Assembly: GCA_964035545.1 (NCBI GenBank)
Contig: OZ037767.1
Coordinates: 13,997,801-14,061,800, forward strand
Direction of reading: 5' to 3'
Length of the DNA: 64,000 nucleotides
Source of the DNA: Bugula neritina
Taxonomy: Eukaryota; Animalia; Bryozoa
The translations under genes and the position numbers were made by a program. Each line of letters starts with the position of its first letter. The first letter of the stretch is position 1. This document shows positions 26,801 to 38,246 of the stretch, piece by piece. The notes beneath the pieces are model-generated. The model saw only the letters and a list, made by a program, of their open reading frames with translations, had not been told where the DNA came from and did not search any database.

Positions 26801-29800
26801 TATAGGGAACCCTAAATTGTTAAATATTTGAAATAAAACTATACCTATAAAGAAGGAGCTGTGGATAAAACCACAGTGATTTACACAATAGCCATGTATA
26901 TTAGGATATGTATTATGCTATTGCAGTATATCAGTTTCTTTAGTGACATTATAAACTCATGCAAGTTTATAGTCACTATCCCTGTGAGAACGCCTGATTG
27001 AAAGGGTTTTTGTTAAAGCGGCTAAGGTATTATTCAGATTATAACTGAATACTCTTCCTAACATCACCAATGGCCTTTGTCCGAGCTCGAACTCATGACC
27101 TCGTGTTTACTAGGCAAATGCTCTAACCTCTAGACCACGGCTGCTCCCTTTCTTTAGTGACATTATATAAGTGTTAAATTAATTATATTCTACTAGCTGT
27201 ATGTCTTATAGAGTAAACCAACCTGTATCTGTATCTCTCCAGTAGCTGATCCACTCTTTTCATAGAATGTCTATAAATATCTTCCGGAAGTTTTGTTGTT
27301 TTCACGTACTCGGGAAACAGCGCTGAATCGGCCTCGTGAATTGCTCCCCCTTGTATTCTTTTACTGAAACATATGCATATAGTATGCTGAATAGATGCTA
27401 TATAATAGCAGTGAGGTGTAGGATAATTGGAATAGTTATAGTGATATAAATTATGGTGCAACATTGGTGAAAAGTTAAAAGACAAGCTGCTGTAAAAGTA
27501 TACTAAACTTGGGGCTATGAGTATGAATGAGTCCCTAAACTCTATATTGTATACTGTAAATCGTATAGTATACAATATACAGTATGCAGTATATTATATA
27601 GTATATACTACATGCATATGCAGTGTACAACATACTGTATAGTATGTAGTATACTATACAGTATAATTATACTGTAAAGTATACTGTACATTGTATACTG
27701 TATAATATACAGTATACAATGCTAGTCATTTCCATATTATTGGTGGCTGGAATACAAACATTGCATTCACTAAATGACTATCAGAGCGAAAAATTTTGAC
27801 TGGAATTTTTATTTTTAAGATTTTTAGGAAATTAGATATGATGAATGAAAGGAGTAAATTTTGTAAGAGGAGCTAGCCCATCAGCCTCTGTGGTGTAATA
27901 GCTTAGTGCGCCTACTTGCAAGCCATAGGTCTGTGGTTCAAGTCTGGTGGGAGCGATTATTTTTCAACCATGCAGCAGTATTTTATGTGCAAAACACAGC
28001 AGTAACTATAGCTTAACTGCATCAAGAAATATGATTTGCTAAAAATATTTGAAGTCTTCATAAACTTTTTTGCACAAAAGGGGAATATAGCTCTTTCATG
28101 TTTTATGATTACATTGAGATTGTAGTAAGAACCAGTATACAATTATTGAAATGAATAGCTTTTTCTTATATAAAGTTATTACTAACTTATTTTCTTCAAG
28201 GATTTTAATTCCCATATCCGTATCCTCCCATGTTAAGATATTTTGGCTGTACTCTGTTTTCCGCCATCTCATGTCATCTTCAAGAGCACCCCACTAGAAA
28301 ATATATTGAACTTTTGAAGGAAATCCCTTTTACATAAGCTATATGCAGAGTTGGTGCATGGTACTGGCACAGCTCTAGTGAAGAGTAGTGCTAATTACCT
28401 CAAAATTTTCCAGAAAAGTCTCTCTGTACGCAGTGTTATGTTTTAGCAGGAATGCATCTACCGAAGTTCCAAAACCAAACTCTGAATGAACTTGCTTCAG
28501 CTACAACACAATACAAATTATATTATTTCACCTAAATAGGCATAATAAAATCAATGATAGTAATTATAGTTGATAATTACATTAGTGCAGGTATATAATT
28601 ACAATATTCCAACTAACTTAATTTTGTTTAATAGATTTTATACCATGGCATTGGTAAAAATTGCTGAACTTACGGGCGGAATATTTCTGAAGGAATGATG
28701 AAGTCAAATAAACTTTATACATGAACTTTTTACTACAGTTAGAACAAGATTTATTCTTTGTGTTAGTTAAGAAGTGAAACAGTTTCTAACTGGTTATACC
28801 AATGAAAGCAACTGAGTTCAGTAACACAAAAAGAATAAATTTTATATCATGGTGTTTCAGAGTTGCCTAGAAATGTATTGTAAAATCATATTTAACTTTA
28901 CATGATGTATTTATTTTAGTCTTGTTAAGCTGCCTCAATATTTTACAATCAATAATGTTTTAGCTATACTGACTATTGTATTGAAACCATGTGTTATATT
29001 TCAATGCTAGAATATTCAGCTTTCTGCTAATATATAGGAGGGGGGGGGGGGGCTGACAGTTCTTTGTGTGGGCAGAGTTTTGAGGCTACAGTATTCACTC
29101 ACCATGAGTTTAGCATCAGTGTAACCTGGGCTCCTTCTCCATGCTTTGATATTGATGGTGAGCTCGCTCTTTCTCCCCTCATCTCTACTGGCAATAGCTT
29201 TGTTTTGCCACAAGGGGTCCTCCACTACCTCTTGTAAGGATAATGAGTCAGCATAAAATGGTGGCGAATCTTGATTCGTACCTCCATAGATAGAGAATTG
29301 GATATACACCAATGTTTCGCCTTCCTTAGTGAAACCTAAAAATAGAAAAACAGAATGTTGGGAGTACATGTGCTTTTAATTGCAAAACAAGACTCATGTA
29401 ATGTGCTGAAAGTTTGCTGCTTTGGCTAGAATCTTTAGGTACATATGGCAGGTAATTGACACCCTATACATCTTTATCACAATAACGAAAAGCTGTGGCA
29501 ACAGAGCAGGGTATGCAAAGTAACAGCTGGGTTATCTAATGAACTTGAGTACACTGCCTGTGCCTGGAGCGCGTGCATCACAGCTCTATCTGACCCAATT
29601 AACCTGCAAGAGTGACCTAATTTTATATTGCAAGTGTGACAACTCCTTATAAAACTAATAAACACTTTAGTAATTTGATTTCGTTGCTTGAAAAGTTATA
29701 TGCAGCTTTTATCTAACTATTTATGGTCATTTTACATAAAGAATTGTTAAGTAGTATTGTTCTCAAATATTCGCAGCATAACTGATGTTAGCTGCATAAT

Positions 29801-32594
29801 TTGGAAACAATTCTTTTTTAAAATTTATTGGAGTTGTCTTTTCTGTGGAAAACAAGTGAATCAATGTGTTGCTGTAACTGCAACTGCAACTGCATAATAT
29901 AAATAGGTCTATTGAAAGTTTCACTCATTCAAGCAAAAATAAAATTAATTTTAATTCAAATGCAATTTTTAAGCTCTTTTGAAAACATAATAGCACTGCT
30001 ACAGATTATATTGTTGAGATAGTTTCAGTTAGTTCCTAAAATCATCTGCTGCTATATGATTTTCAAGGAGGCAAAAAAAATTTTCACCAATTAACTTTAC
30101 CAGTGATATAGAAGCCTAGTTTAATCATCTAAATGCACCAGTAAGTCACAGTTTATACTTTAAATAAAAATTGCCGCACCCTTTATAAATGATTGAACAC
30201 AAGGAATAAAACTTTAACTGGTATAATATATAGAAAAGTTTTGTGATAGGTAATTTATATAACATAGATTTAAAATTTTCGAAAAAATAGCTCAATATTG
30301 CAAATCGCATTTTTAAGTCTTGTGAATATAATAATGCATTTAGAAATTTCTTGTATGGTTAAGTGTGCAGCTAAACACAGGTGTACTTTATGTAAAACTA
30401 CTATATACTTCATTATAAAATACTCAGCTATAGTAAATCTTTAGTTAATTATAACAGAAAGTTACATTTAAACAAAAACACTTCAACTCTATAAATAGCT
30501 TATATTGGCTTAATGAATTAATAATAGCTTTAAAATAATTAAATATTTAAGCTTTTATTATGTGTACTTAATTCTTTATAGAATTGATGAGAAAACTAGA
30601 CAAAAAACTGAAAAAATAATTGCCTTCACTGGGATTCAAACCACAGACCTTCGGCTTGCAAGCAGGCACGCTAACCAATTACACCACAAGAGTTGCTGGG
30701 TTGATTCAACATTGCACTTACCTTCATACACAAATTCTCCAGCCAACTTAACCCAGTCTTCACCAGGGGTAACATAAACTGCCTCTACGGTTTTGCCTCC
30801 ATATCCTGGAAATACAATTATAGTTGCTAATTAAAGAACTGGTAATATTGACAGCTTGTTATAAGATCGCTATATATAAAATCTTTTGCCCCTACTGGGA
30901 TTAGAACAGCTTAAGCAAGCAAGTTAACGCTAACCATTACACCAGGGCCTGTTTATAAACTTTTTAACTAATATTAAGCAAATTTTGAACTACTATATCT
31001 ATGATAAGAATTTAAACCAAATTTCAAAACAACTATAAAACATTGAAACTTTGCATAATATGAGCAAATCCTGTACTTTTATTTAAAAAGTTGCAAATAA
31101 ATTTCTTAATGCAACAAATTATAGTTAATTTGTGTTAAAATATGTCCACTTTAAAAGACGAAAATCGCTTGCGATAACAAACATTTTTTGACAGAATTAT
31201 TGACATTATATTTATACCTCACAAGTTGACACTGCCATTATGTAACTAACACCTATTTATGCTATTAACAATTATAAATTCAAACTGTATATAACCAACT
31301 ATAAGAATTAAGCAGCTTTAAAATTACTCCATTATTATCTAACAATTAACAATGGACACTGCAGTTAGGCAAATAACAATTATTATTGTAATTACATTTT
31401 AGAATTAAAATATCTCATACTGATAATTGCTAAGAACAATAAATATTCTACTTACCATTGGTTGAATCAGCTTTCACAACTTTTGTTGACATAAACAAAA
31501 ACATCCTTACGGGAGTTGTGTCACCATTTTCTTTCTCCGGTACTTTGACCCATCCTTCTGCATAGTAGCGCTTCCCAGGTTGTATCTTTGTTGTTATGAG
31601 TTGCCTCACTCCGTGCCATGACTTTGTTCTAAATAAATACAAGTTGCCCAAAAGTGCTGCAGACTTTACCAACATTTTTAACATCATGTTTTTTAATCGT
31701 TAGACGAATCTAGGTGCGTTGGTTTTTATAACTAACAGGATCAACTGTACTTTGTAACTTTTATGTAAAAAAGTAACCATGTTAAAAAAAATTGAAACTT
31801 AAATTTAATTTTACTTATTGTATAATAATATTATAATAAGCTCTGGCTAATAAGGGTGTTATTGATAGTGGACATCTTTTACTGTACAATCATTTATTAT
31901 AGTTTATTATTTGATTATTCACATCACACTATTACAATTATAATTTTCATTCATTTTAAAAATGAATTAACAACAATTTTAATTGCTTTGAAAAGTTTGT
32001 TCAAAATTCTCTTTTAGACTATAAAAAGCTATATTCATTACACAGAAACAGCAATATTAGCAAACACAAAACTCTGAAAAATTTAAAATCGAATAAAAGT
32101 CATAGAGCTGATGAGTATAAGCTATCATTTTATTATACCACATTATAGTACTGCGGTTACTTGGTAGCTGCTGTGGGGCAATTGCTGCCCACTTGCTGGC
32201 ATGCCAAAGGGTCTGTGGTTCGAGCCCAGTAAGGGTAATTATTTTACAGAATAGCTAGCAGGTGAGAAAAGAAAGCTTTGCAAAAGATCATTTACAAATT
32301 TCTTTTTTTTACAGTCAATTACGTTACCAAAAATAATTATAAATTATCAATCAATTATTAGTATTGACAGAGCATCTGTAACTATATCAGCAGATCCTAC
32401 CTCCCTGTAACAAAGACAGATGAGTTTTGGCTTACAACATCCTCTTTGCTCTCCGCGCAAAAATTTCCACCTGGGACAACGCACTGCCAGTCTTCAAAGT
32501 AGTCCGTAGAAGAGTCAAAACTTGGGTTGTCTAGAAGTTCTTGAGCCAATGCAGATGACAAGAAAAGCAGACGTATTATAGTAGCGTAGGACAT
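23834..32594 (-). CDS. ~589-aa secreted protein: signal peptide + CBM4/CBM22-like module + glycoside hydrolase family 10 (xylanase-like) domain, predicted catalytically inactive; exons 32594-32401, 31628-31456, 30805-30722, 29335-29103, 28500-28399, 28293-28187, 27363-27223, 26091-25914, 25139-24913, 24504-24411, 24070-23834
   Basis: MSYATIIRLLFLSSALAQ signal; ELLDNPSFD...RTKSWHGVRQ...PGKRYYAEGWVK...WVKLAGEF (CBM4/22-like); FGFGTSV, NFEWGALEDDMRW, GAPIHGIGVQ, LPIWIT, PNAAG (GH10 landmarks); consistent splice phases. Confidence 0.88.
25194..25265 (-). mobile_element. tRNA-like repeat family 2 copy
   Basis: Same consensus. Confidence 0.7.
26709..26778 (+). mobile_element. tRNA-like repeat family 2 copy
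   Basis: ggtgtaatggttagc...ggttcgaatccc. Confidence 0.7.
26961..27148 (-). mobile_element. SINE family 1 copy
   Basis: Match to the other copies, with a small internal deletion. Confidence 0.85.
27884..27954 (+). mobile_element. tRNA-like repeat family 2 copy
   Basis: Same consensus, diverged. Confidence 0.65.
30622..30693 (-). mobile_element. tRNA-like repeat family 2 copy (more degenerate copies at ~30887-30949, ~32165-32235, ~42609-42660)
   Basis: Same consensus. Confidence 0.65.
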
Positions 32595-33918
32595 GGCTGG
32601 TGAAAGAACCAACTGCTGTTGGCTGCAATGAACGACCTTTCGAACATATGCATTGCATTTATATCAAAATAAATTATGATGCGTAGAGCATTAGACTGGG
32701 TACCATAGAGTTTTACACAGCCTCAATATGATTTACGGAATTGTAATTTAGTGCTAACTGACTGGGGCTAAATTACTGATCGGTGGATGATTTTGTATTC
32801 ATAATGACCAGTGAGGTGTAAATTGGGAGATGAGAAGTAAACAAGTTCTCAATTTATCCTATAGAGCAAAAGAAATATTTTTGTTTTATTGCTAAAAGTA
32901 AATGTATTTTATTGAAGCATTGTTATTTTATATGAATTAATATTATAAAATTACATGCATTACTATTATACAAATTAGGAAATAGAGAAACATTCATTAA
33001 ATGAAGTGTCAATATTTTTGCTATGACAACCTGCGATTAAATGGGTTCACTAAAGCCAGAAGTGGCACTGTGTATCTTGAAGTCATGTGTGTCAAGCAAC
33101 CAAAAATACTTTTCTAAAAGTGCGTGTAAGAGTTGGCAGTAGAAAAACTGCGTGAATATATAAACCATCACAGAATTTAAAGATAACAAAAACAAATTGA
33201 AAAATAGACCAGCACAACCTTTACAATTGTTAAAGTAGCTAAAGGAGAAGTTTTTGCTTTACATGTAACATCCAATTTAACTTGAGCTCTGTTAACATTA
33301 CTCAACTTATTTGGGACAGTCTAGACAAACTTGCAAGTTGCTTAAAACTGTCTTGACTTTTGTCTAAATATAAGTTCAGTATTTAGGCAATACACCTTCC
33401 AATCACTTGCTGACTCTACCTGCAAATTGTGTTGTCTCCATAATTGTACGCTTTTTATCAGCAGCTTTGAATGCCGTCATACAAGTCATACATATATGAT
33501 TGCAGTCTTTGATATCTGCTATATATAAAGACAAAACATTGTATCTCAAAAGTAACTTATGTAAGTGATATCAATTTCAATATCAATTTAGGTGTCACAC
33601 TATATTATTTGTTGCTTTGTAATTATAAGTTGAATATAATGTTACTCTGTCCTAGATGCATGTAATAACTGGGCATCAGGTGACATTAGCACTAGCTGGC
33701 ACGGACAAGTCAACTGTTACAATGAAAACAGCCATGATTGAATGACTTTCACTGGTGCCAGTAATTTTATACGTTTTGCTTCCCTGAATTTTTCATCTCC
33801 ATTGACATCATAGAGTCAGTTTCAATCAACCAGTCTTGTATGATAGCTAAATTTATTTTTTGCCATCCTTTACTGCAGGTGCTGTAGTGTTACTCACCCA
33901 AGGTTATAATCGCCCGCC

Positions 33919-34106
33919 TGTGAAAAACACCTGATAGAAAGGGTTTTTGTTAAATTGGACAAAGAACTTATTAAGATGAGGCACAGGAGCAATTATGGCT
34001 GGATGCTCTTCCTAACATCACCAATAGCCTTTACTGGGTTTCGAACCCATGATTTGTGTTTACTAAGCCAAACGATCTATCTAACCACTATACCACAGCT
34101 GCTCCC
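33919..34106 (-). mobile_element. SINE family 1 copy
   Basis: Match to the other copies. Confidence 0.8.
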
Positions 34107-34237
34107 TAAGTGCTGCATTGCTAGACATTCTATAATTCTACTCAACATATTGAACAAGTCTTTACTTTTCAATCTGAGATATGTTTAGTGAAAGTAGCTT
34201 TCTTGCTGTGTAAATGCCTACTAAGTGAAGCTGTAAA

Positions 34238-34355
34238 GGAGCAGCCGTGATTCAGGGGTTAGAGCACTGACTTAGTAAAACCATAGTCATGGGTTCAATC
34301 CTTAGTTTAGGGCATCGGTGATGTTAGGAAGAGCATTCAGTCATGATTGCTCCTG
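34238..34355 (+). mobile_element. SINE family 1, 3'-truncated copy ending in a (CA)n tract
   Basis: Head and first part of the body match the family. Confidence 0.75.
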
Positions 34356-35829
34356 TCACACACACACACACGCACACACGCACACACGCACGCACAAGAA
34401 AATTTAATAAGAAATTAGTCTATATTTGAAGAAGACAACTCCAAGAAACTATAAAATCATTAACTGTAAAATAATAGGCCGCCTACATAATATTATGTTA
34501 TGCTACATAATGCTTTCCTTTTCTTTATTCAAATTTACAAGTCTGCCGAGACTAGCGACTTTAATGTATTTTGTTCAACCTTATTGTATAGAATTTACTT
34601 ATGAATGCCGGATCTAGACTTTAGTTCTATGTTCTTATTGTTATTATAGTATTGATTATGTGTAACAGTGTAGTAACAATTCTATTTAAGATCACACTAT
34701 CATTAGTCCATTTGTTTTTTTAGATGAATATTTTTAAAGTTTTAACTTCAAATTATTATTTTTCCCTTTTGATCAATTTTTTTTATTTAATTTCAATAAT
34801 TATAACTCTTTTTGTCAAATTTGAAACTTACTCACTGCATTTATAAATTTTATAGCTTTATTTACCAACTTTGTTTATTAAGAGTTGAATAAAATTTTTA
34901 ATAAAAGTATCTATAAACTTTTAAAGTGCCAATTATTTGCAAAGTTTGAAATTATTATATTTTTAAATAAATTTGTTTTTTAAATTTTTTGGCTAATGCT
35001 AATAGATAATGGGCATTATATGTGTATAAATAATAAGTTTTAATAATCCATATAATTTTTAGAATGCCTTTCCCACATATTTTCTTAATTTCTTGCATTT
35101 TGAAAATTTGCTCTCTATGCTTCTATATAAACAAAAACTAATATATACATTCAGCATGGTTATCATAGTCCTTGAAATATTTAAGTATTGTTGTAGGCTA
35201 TAGTCCTGTGGTCCATTGAAAATTTATCACAATGAATGCTCGCCGTGAAGATTCACTCAAGTATTTTCCGTAAACAATTTCCTCAAACAACTGATGTTAA
35301 TTGTAAACGCTTCAACCAATAAATTCCCTTGTTAATAAAGTTGATGAGCCAAGGAGCATGAAAGCTCCTCAGGGATTGGTCAGTTGTGATTCATTGGCAT
35401 TTCCCTGAGACAATTCTTGGAAAAAAACTGCATATGATATTTCTTTTATTATATTGAATCCAACATCACAACATCCTACTACACATTCAAGGGACGTGAA
35501 TAATAAAAACACCTACACTACAAGCAAAATCTTCAAGCAACAGAATTTGGTGCTTGTATTTTTATACTTTTGGACCAGCTGCATAATTCACTAAATAAAT
35601 TATGTTTATAGACAGTGTTCTGGTATTTATCTTAAACCTACCTGAAAGTTTTATCTGCTGTTGCATTTTGGCACCTGTGAAGCTAGGTCTAGGTCTAGGT
35701 AACTCAAGAACCTTTAGATCCCGATGCCGGGCAAAAGAAGGTCGTCATATCGTAAAAAGACTTGAATTTTACGGTAGTTCTAGGTAAAAAACTATGTAAG
35801 TAAAAACTAGTATTTGCACACACAGCCAA

Positions 35830-36340
35830 TGGGGCACCTTCCTAAAACTGAACGAGTCTGGTAACTATGAATGTTATTTTGTATTTGATTAAAACTCTCA
35901 ATAAAAGAAGTGTGGCTGCTGCCTGATAAAAACTTTAGCATCAGGGACATTTTGGCATTTCTGCGCCTCAATTCCAGAATTTCTAGCTCTAGAGAAATTC
36001 TCCCTTCAGTAACGCTATTTCTGCCCTAATACCTAAAATAAATCTAATTGCCTTTCTCTGGACGCCTTCTAGCAATGAAACCTGTCTTGCTAGATGGGGG
36101 TCCCAGACCTCACACGCATATTCCAGCAGTGGCCTACACAAAGTGAGGTAGGCAACCCGCTTCACCCTCCGTGGGGCATCAAAGAGCACGTGTTTAATCA
36201 TACCCAATCTTTGGCTAGCCCTAGCTGTTATTGTCTCTATGTGCAAATCCCAACTAAAGTTATTTGAAATAAAAACACCAAGGTATTTAAAACTCTTCAC
36301 TAAGGCTAGTGGTATGTTGTTTAAAAAATATTCAGGACTA
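35830..36340 (-). mobile_element. Degraded non-LTR retrotransposon (CR1/L2-like) ORF2 C-terminal fragment
   Basis: KYLGVFISNNFSWDLHI...AYLTLCRPLLEYACEVWDPH...LEGVQRKAIRFI is the typical post-RT region of CR1/L2-group LINEs; truncated. Confidence 0.85.
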
Positions 36341-36629
36341 TAATTGTCGCAATCCTGTTACTAAAATTATTAAGATAACAGCTTCCTGTTATTTGTTGAA
36401 TGTTGAACTATTCTGATTTTTCTTACTGAATGATAAGTGATTTTAGCTCATCACAAAATTTAGAAATTATGTAAACTATAAGAGCTGCAATTAAAAATAA
36501 CTGTAAAAGTACATTCAAATTCAAAAAAACATAAATTGCCAGTATCATGCATGTTATATATGTGAGTTTCTTATCTTCTTACTAACATTGTTTTTTACAT
36601 CAGCTGATTCTTGGGTTAAAACAGGGTAA

Positions 36630-36780
36630 GAACATAGCCTAGTTTCTTACATAGAGGTAGGGCATACTCTGATTTCTTACACAGAGTCTGAGAATTATAT
36701 AGTCTAATTTCTCACAACGAGTCGGGAATAGTCTGATTTCTCATATACAGAGTCAGGGAATAGTCTGATTTCTCAGATAA
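36630..36780. repeat. Degenerate ~30-bp tandem repeat (atagtctgatttctcacatacagagtcaggga), about 5 copies
   Basis: Repeated units visible directly. Confidence 0.7.
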
Positions 36781-37468
36781 GTAACAATTAAGATTGGTAT
36801 ATATAATGATTTTATATCTTACTATGTGAACTTGAGTAATATTAATTTTTCGTGAACAAAAAAAGTTCTCCCTGAGCAATAATCAAAAGGCTATTTATAT
36901 ATAAAGCTATGATGATCGTGGTTATACAACTTGTTTTTTTTAAATATTGATGAATTTATCAGTTTTCGAGCTATATAAATAATACGAATAATCACATTAT
37001 TTCTGTTATAACATGCTGTGTTATATATTTAAGAAGATGCCATATGGAATTGACCACCTGCATGAGAGATTATAAAGACTTTGTTATAGGATGGTGAATA
37101 TAGGTGTTCAAAATAGACCATGCAGTTTAAGCAAATTGACGCTGTGAAGGTTTAACCCTAGCTTCCATCACTAAGTTATAAAGGCAGGCAAATTAAAGAA
37201 AAAAATACTTTGTTTGATTGGGCACATTGAAACAACTTTTCAGGTTAAATAATCATGATGATTTCATTGGCCTAGCTAGGTGTTGTCCCTTGAGCATTCA
37301 GGGTGGATGTTGGGCTCCCCGAGGTGTTAAATCATAAAAAAAACTTGGCCATAGAAACAATTGAAAGTCTATAATGAGATATTCTTTGGTTAAAAAATAA
37401 ACAATAGCAATTAACTTCCTCCACTTTGTGCAAAAGACTTACATTGTCTTATCTTCCACCAGAAGTTG

Positions 37469-37475
37469 TATAAAA
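37469..37475 (+). promoter_or_regulatory. Candidate TATA box (TATAAAA) of the secreted-protein gene
   Basis: gTATAAAAgg lies ~110 nt upstream of the ATG G|gtatgt first coding exon. Confidence 0.5.
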
Positions 37476-37584
37476 GGACAGCAGAACCTTGTCTTGTCCA
37501 ATTAGCCTCCTGCATGCTTTCCAATAGAAGTTTGGTTTTCTTGTTTCAAAGCTTATAGTCAAAATATATTTCTTAATTTTTGAA

Positions 37585-38159
37585 ATGGGTATGTACTTTT
37601 ATTTTTTATGGAAATTTCTGAACAAATCTTTTAATATATATAAGCAATTAAACATTTTTCTTATTTAAAAGTCTGTTGAGATTATTATTGATTTATTTAT
37701 TTCTACTCACTAATCTATTTGTCTTCAAAAGCATTGATGCAAATTGCGTAGACATTTATTAAGTTTATGCTCTATACATTACTTAGAGGATAGAAAACCA
37801 TGCATGCATGCTATATGTTTCAAAATTATAATCTATATTATCTAAGTTTTAATGTAATTATGGCTTTTCAAGGAACAATTTGCTAGCAACATTTACCAGG
37901 GTTTTAATTTTGGCAATTATGCAGGCAGTGTATCAAATAGAAATAAAGTTTAACTAAACATCCCAGGGGGCTGGCATAGCTTGTTTTATGAAAGTTTTCT
38001 TATTATTGATTTGTTATGTCTTAGCTGATTGGCTGTCTTTGAGTCTATTGATTGCTGTTTGTGGCAGCGCTCTACTCAGTAAGTACGTCAGCATTGCTGC
38101 TCCAGCTTCTTCACTTGTGGGGTGAGTTGATAGACTTAGAATATTATAGAAAATGTTTA

Positions 38160-38246
<87 letters not shown>

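Noticed and set aside
35413-35421. STAT-like site TTCTTGGAA upstream of the cytokine-like gene
   Set aside because: A single short motif is expected by chance in AT-rich DNA
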